Below are positions 62,261-64,000 of a DNA stretch of 64,000 bases, in pieces (position 1 is the stretch's first letter; each line of letters starts with the position of its first letter). The position numbers and the translations under genes are program-made. The stretch is from an uncultured virus (IMG/VR IMGVR_UViG_3300005343_000007) (lineage: Duplodnaviria > Heunggongvirae > Uroviricota > Caudoviricetes). The DNA lies in IMG/VR virus record IMGVR_UViG_3300005343_000007. One strand, written 5' to 3'. Below the pieces are notes generated by a model. That model was given only the letters and a program-made list of their open reading frames with translations, was not told the origin of the DNA and did no database searches.

Positions 62261-62922
62261 GGTCGGCAAAGTATATCGTAGATTTCTGATTCTGGGGTTT
62301 GTTGGGGTTGCAAAATCGTCCTGTTGGCCTCGGGGTAGCCAAGCTCATCCAAGATGGCAAAAAGGCTCTCGCGGCTCTCGCGCGCTCGCAATAGGGCTCC
62401 CTGGTTCACTTCGCAGATGATGAAGGGGTGATACTTGCGGATCGTCTCATAACCACCACGCAGGGCTTTGGGCTCCCATCCTTCGCAATCGAGCTTGATG
62501 AAACCGGGGGCAAAGTGCCCATAGGAATCCATCGTCATAGATTGCACCCTGATTTCGCCTTCCGTTTCGCTTACGTGCGATGCCCCCACATTCACATCCG
62601 AAATAAGGGACACCTTGCGATTGCACCCAGACAGCGCGCATTCGTAAACCACGGCTTCGGGGCAGTTTTTTCGCAAGCACGCAACGCAATCGTGATTTGG
62701 CTCAAAGGCGAATACTCCACAACCCTCATCCAGCATTACTCGGGTTAGTGTGCCGATATTGGCTCCGGCATCTATGCAGGTTTTGATTCCATGCTCTCGG
62801 ATCAAGCCCCTGATTATCCCGCTCATATGGGCGTCATGGATCAACCCTTTCTCGCGCACCCATTTTCCGATGTGGGTATCACCAGAAACCACCCATGCGC
62901 CATTGGGGCATTGCTCGATCAT
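62257..62922 (-). CDS. FkbM-family methyltransferase
   Basis: IDAGANIG, AFEP, IKLDCEGWE..ALRG. Confidence 0.88.
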   Translation of the reverse strand: MIEQCPNGAWVVSGDTHIGKWVREKGLIHDAHMSGIIRGLIREHGIKTCIDAGANIGTLTRVMLDEGCGVFAFEPNHDCVACLRKNCPEAVVYECALSGCNRKVSLISDVNVGASHVSETEGEIRVQSMTMDSYGHFAPGFIKLDCEGWEPKALRGGYETIRKYHPFIICEVNQGALLRARESRESLFAILDELGYPEANRTILQPQQTPESEIYDILCRP

Positions 62923-63332
62923 TGCAGCATCCCCGATCCCTTCATGTATTCGATGCCATTGGTAAAAATGCCCCTGAACCGTTCGTCCAATGTTTGCATA
63001 ACACATCCGGCAATCCCCGCCTTCATGGCCGACTCCACCGCCTTCTCTACTACCTCCTTATTCTCACCAAGCCAATTATCCACCGCCTGCCTTACCTTGC
63101 TCTCGAAATGTTTCGACACAATCTCATCAACTAAGGACGGGCCTTGCTCGAATTGGCTGCCATAGGAATTCCGAGACGGAACCAATCGCTTATCAAAGAG
63201 AGCCTTCTCAATACCTCGCTCCACAATCTTCTTTAGATCGTCGTCGGTCATTAAGTCTCCAATGCCGTCCTTGATGCGCTCCATCAACTTCTGCTCGAAA
63301 CTAAGGGCTTGCTGGATTTGGTCGGTGCTCAT
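62919..63332 (-). CDS. Hypothetical protein
   Basis: 137 aa, CCATGAGC start. Confidence 0.65.
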   Translation of the reverse strand: MSTDQIQQALSFEQKLMERIKDGIGDLMTDDDLKKIVERGIEKALFDKRLVPSRNSYGSQFEQGPSLVDEIVSKHFESKVRQAVDNWLGENKEVVEKAVESAMKAGIAGCVMQTLDERFRGIFTNGIEYMKGSGMLQ

Positions 63333-63337
63333 GGTGT

Positions 63338-64000
63338 TTATGGTAGGAAGATGCTCTTGATTCTCGGATTGATGTAAAGCACGGCGGTTGAAATGTTGCT
63401 CACGGGGTGAATGAAGGCGCGGCCCATCGAGAGAATTAGCGCCTCGGACAATACTTGTCTTGCGTCGTCTATGCCCTGCGGTTCCGCTAGATGGCGCTGT
63501 ACGTCCCGCGATTGGCTGCGCTTGGTGCCTGGATGGTAGATGATCGGGAAGCGGCCATCAAACCAATGTAGGCTCTCCATGTCTTGCGAGGCGACGTAGA
63601 TTTTTGCCTCTGGATTGTCCCTTAGTTCCAAATCCAAGGCCCGCGCGTATTCGTCAAAGGTCTGCGCCTTGTTGGTGATCTGCTCTCCGGCGTGTTCGTT
63701 GCCTCGAATGAGAATGGAGATATGATTGAACCGATCAACCCTATCAAATAGCCAGCAAGCCAATTCCCACGCCTCCCTTCTTATCTCGTCTTTTATCCGT
63801 ATCTGATTCCATAGTTTATTCAACTCGGCTCTCCAAGATGGATTCCCTTGGTAAAGCTCGGCGGCGTGCTTGTAGGTAAGTCGCTGGTTTGGATATTCGG
63901 TGATTAGGTCAACCGATCCCTCTGGCGCTGGCCGTGGCGCGAATAGCTCATCCCACAAGTTACTCTCGGGCGAGTAGATCGAGCCTGTCCAATCCACGGA
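63338..64000 (-). CDS. NodZ/alpha-1,6-fucosyltransferase-like protein (5' end probably outside the window)
   Basis: ILIRGNEH, KIYVASQD, EALILS..FI..SNIS resemble fucosyltransferase motifs I-III. Confidence 0.6.
   Translation of the reverse strand, partial: SVDWTGSIYSPESNLWDELFAPRPAPEGSVDLITEYPNQRLTYKHAAELYQGNPSWRAELNKLWNQIRIKDEIRREAWELACWLFDRVDRFNHISILIRGNEHAGEQITNKAQTFDEYARALDLELRDNPEAKIYVASQDMESLHWFDGRFPIIYHPGTKRSQSRDVQRHLAEPQGIDDARQVLSEALILSMGRAFIHPVSNISTAVLYINPRIKSIFLP

Overview
The window is a 64-kb stretch of a tailed dsDNA phage genome with podovirus-like organisation. All recognisable genes but one lie on the minus strand, and both ends cut genes. It holds portal, a scaffold-like protein, terminase, major capsid, adaptor/nozzle, fibres and ejection proteins (one a 2178-aa polyvalent protein). 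It also holds a lambda-type replication module (initiator with 4 iterons plus a DnaC-like loader), a beta-clamp, SSB, ERF, two SF2 helicases, a DNA methyltransferase, a GH75-like lysin and HNH/GIY-YIG endonucleases. A Verrucomicrobia/PVC-type host is suggested by the PUR protein, SSB style and lack of Shine-Dalgarno sites, but this is inference only. The most striking signal is non-coding: 31 copies of a 22-bp imperfect palindrome (consensus TAATTGACAAATTTGCTAATTA) spread about every 2 kb, nearly always on stop/start junctions. Seven copies have a sigma-54-like TGGCA-N7-TGCTT element just upstream, pointing antisense. Several others sit exactly 4 nt upstream of sigma-70-like -35 boxes. A ParB-family HTH gene flanked by two copies is a candidate binder. 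A tRNA-shaped ncRNA and a second structured ncRNA candidate are also present. All product calls come from manual motif recognition; no database search was run.
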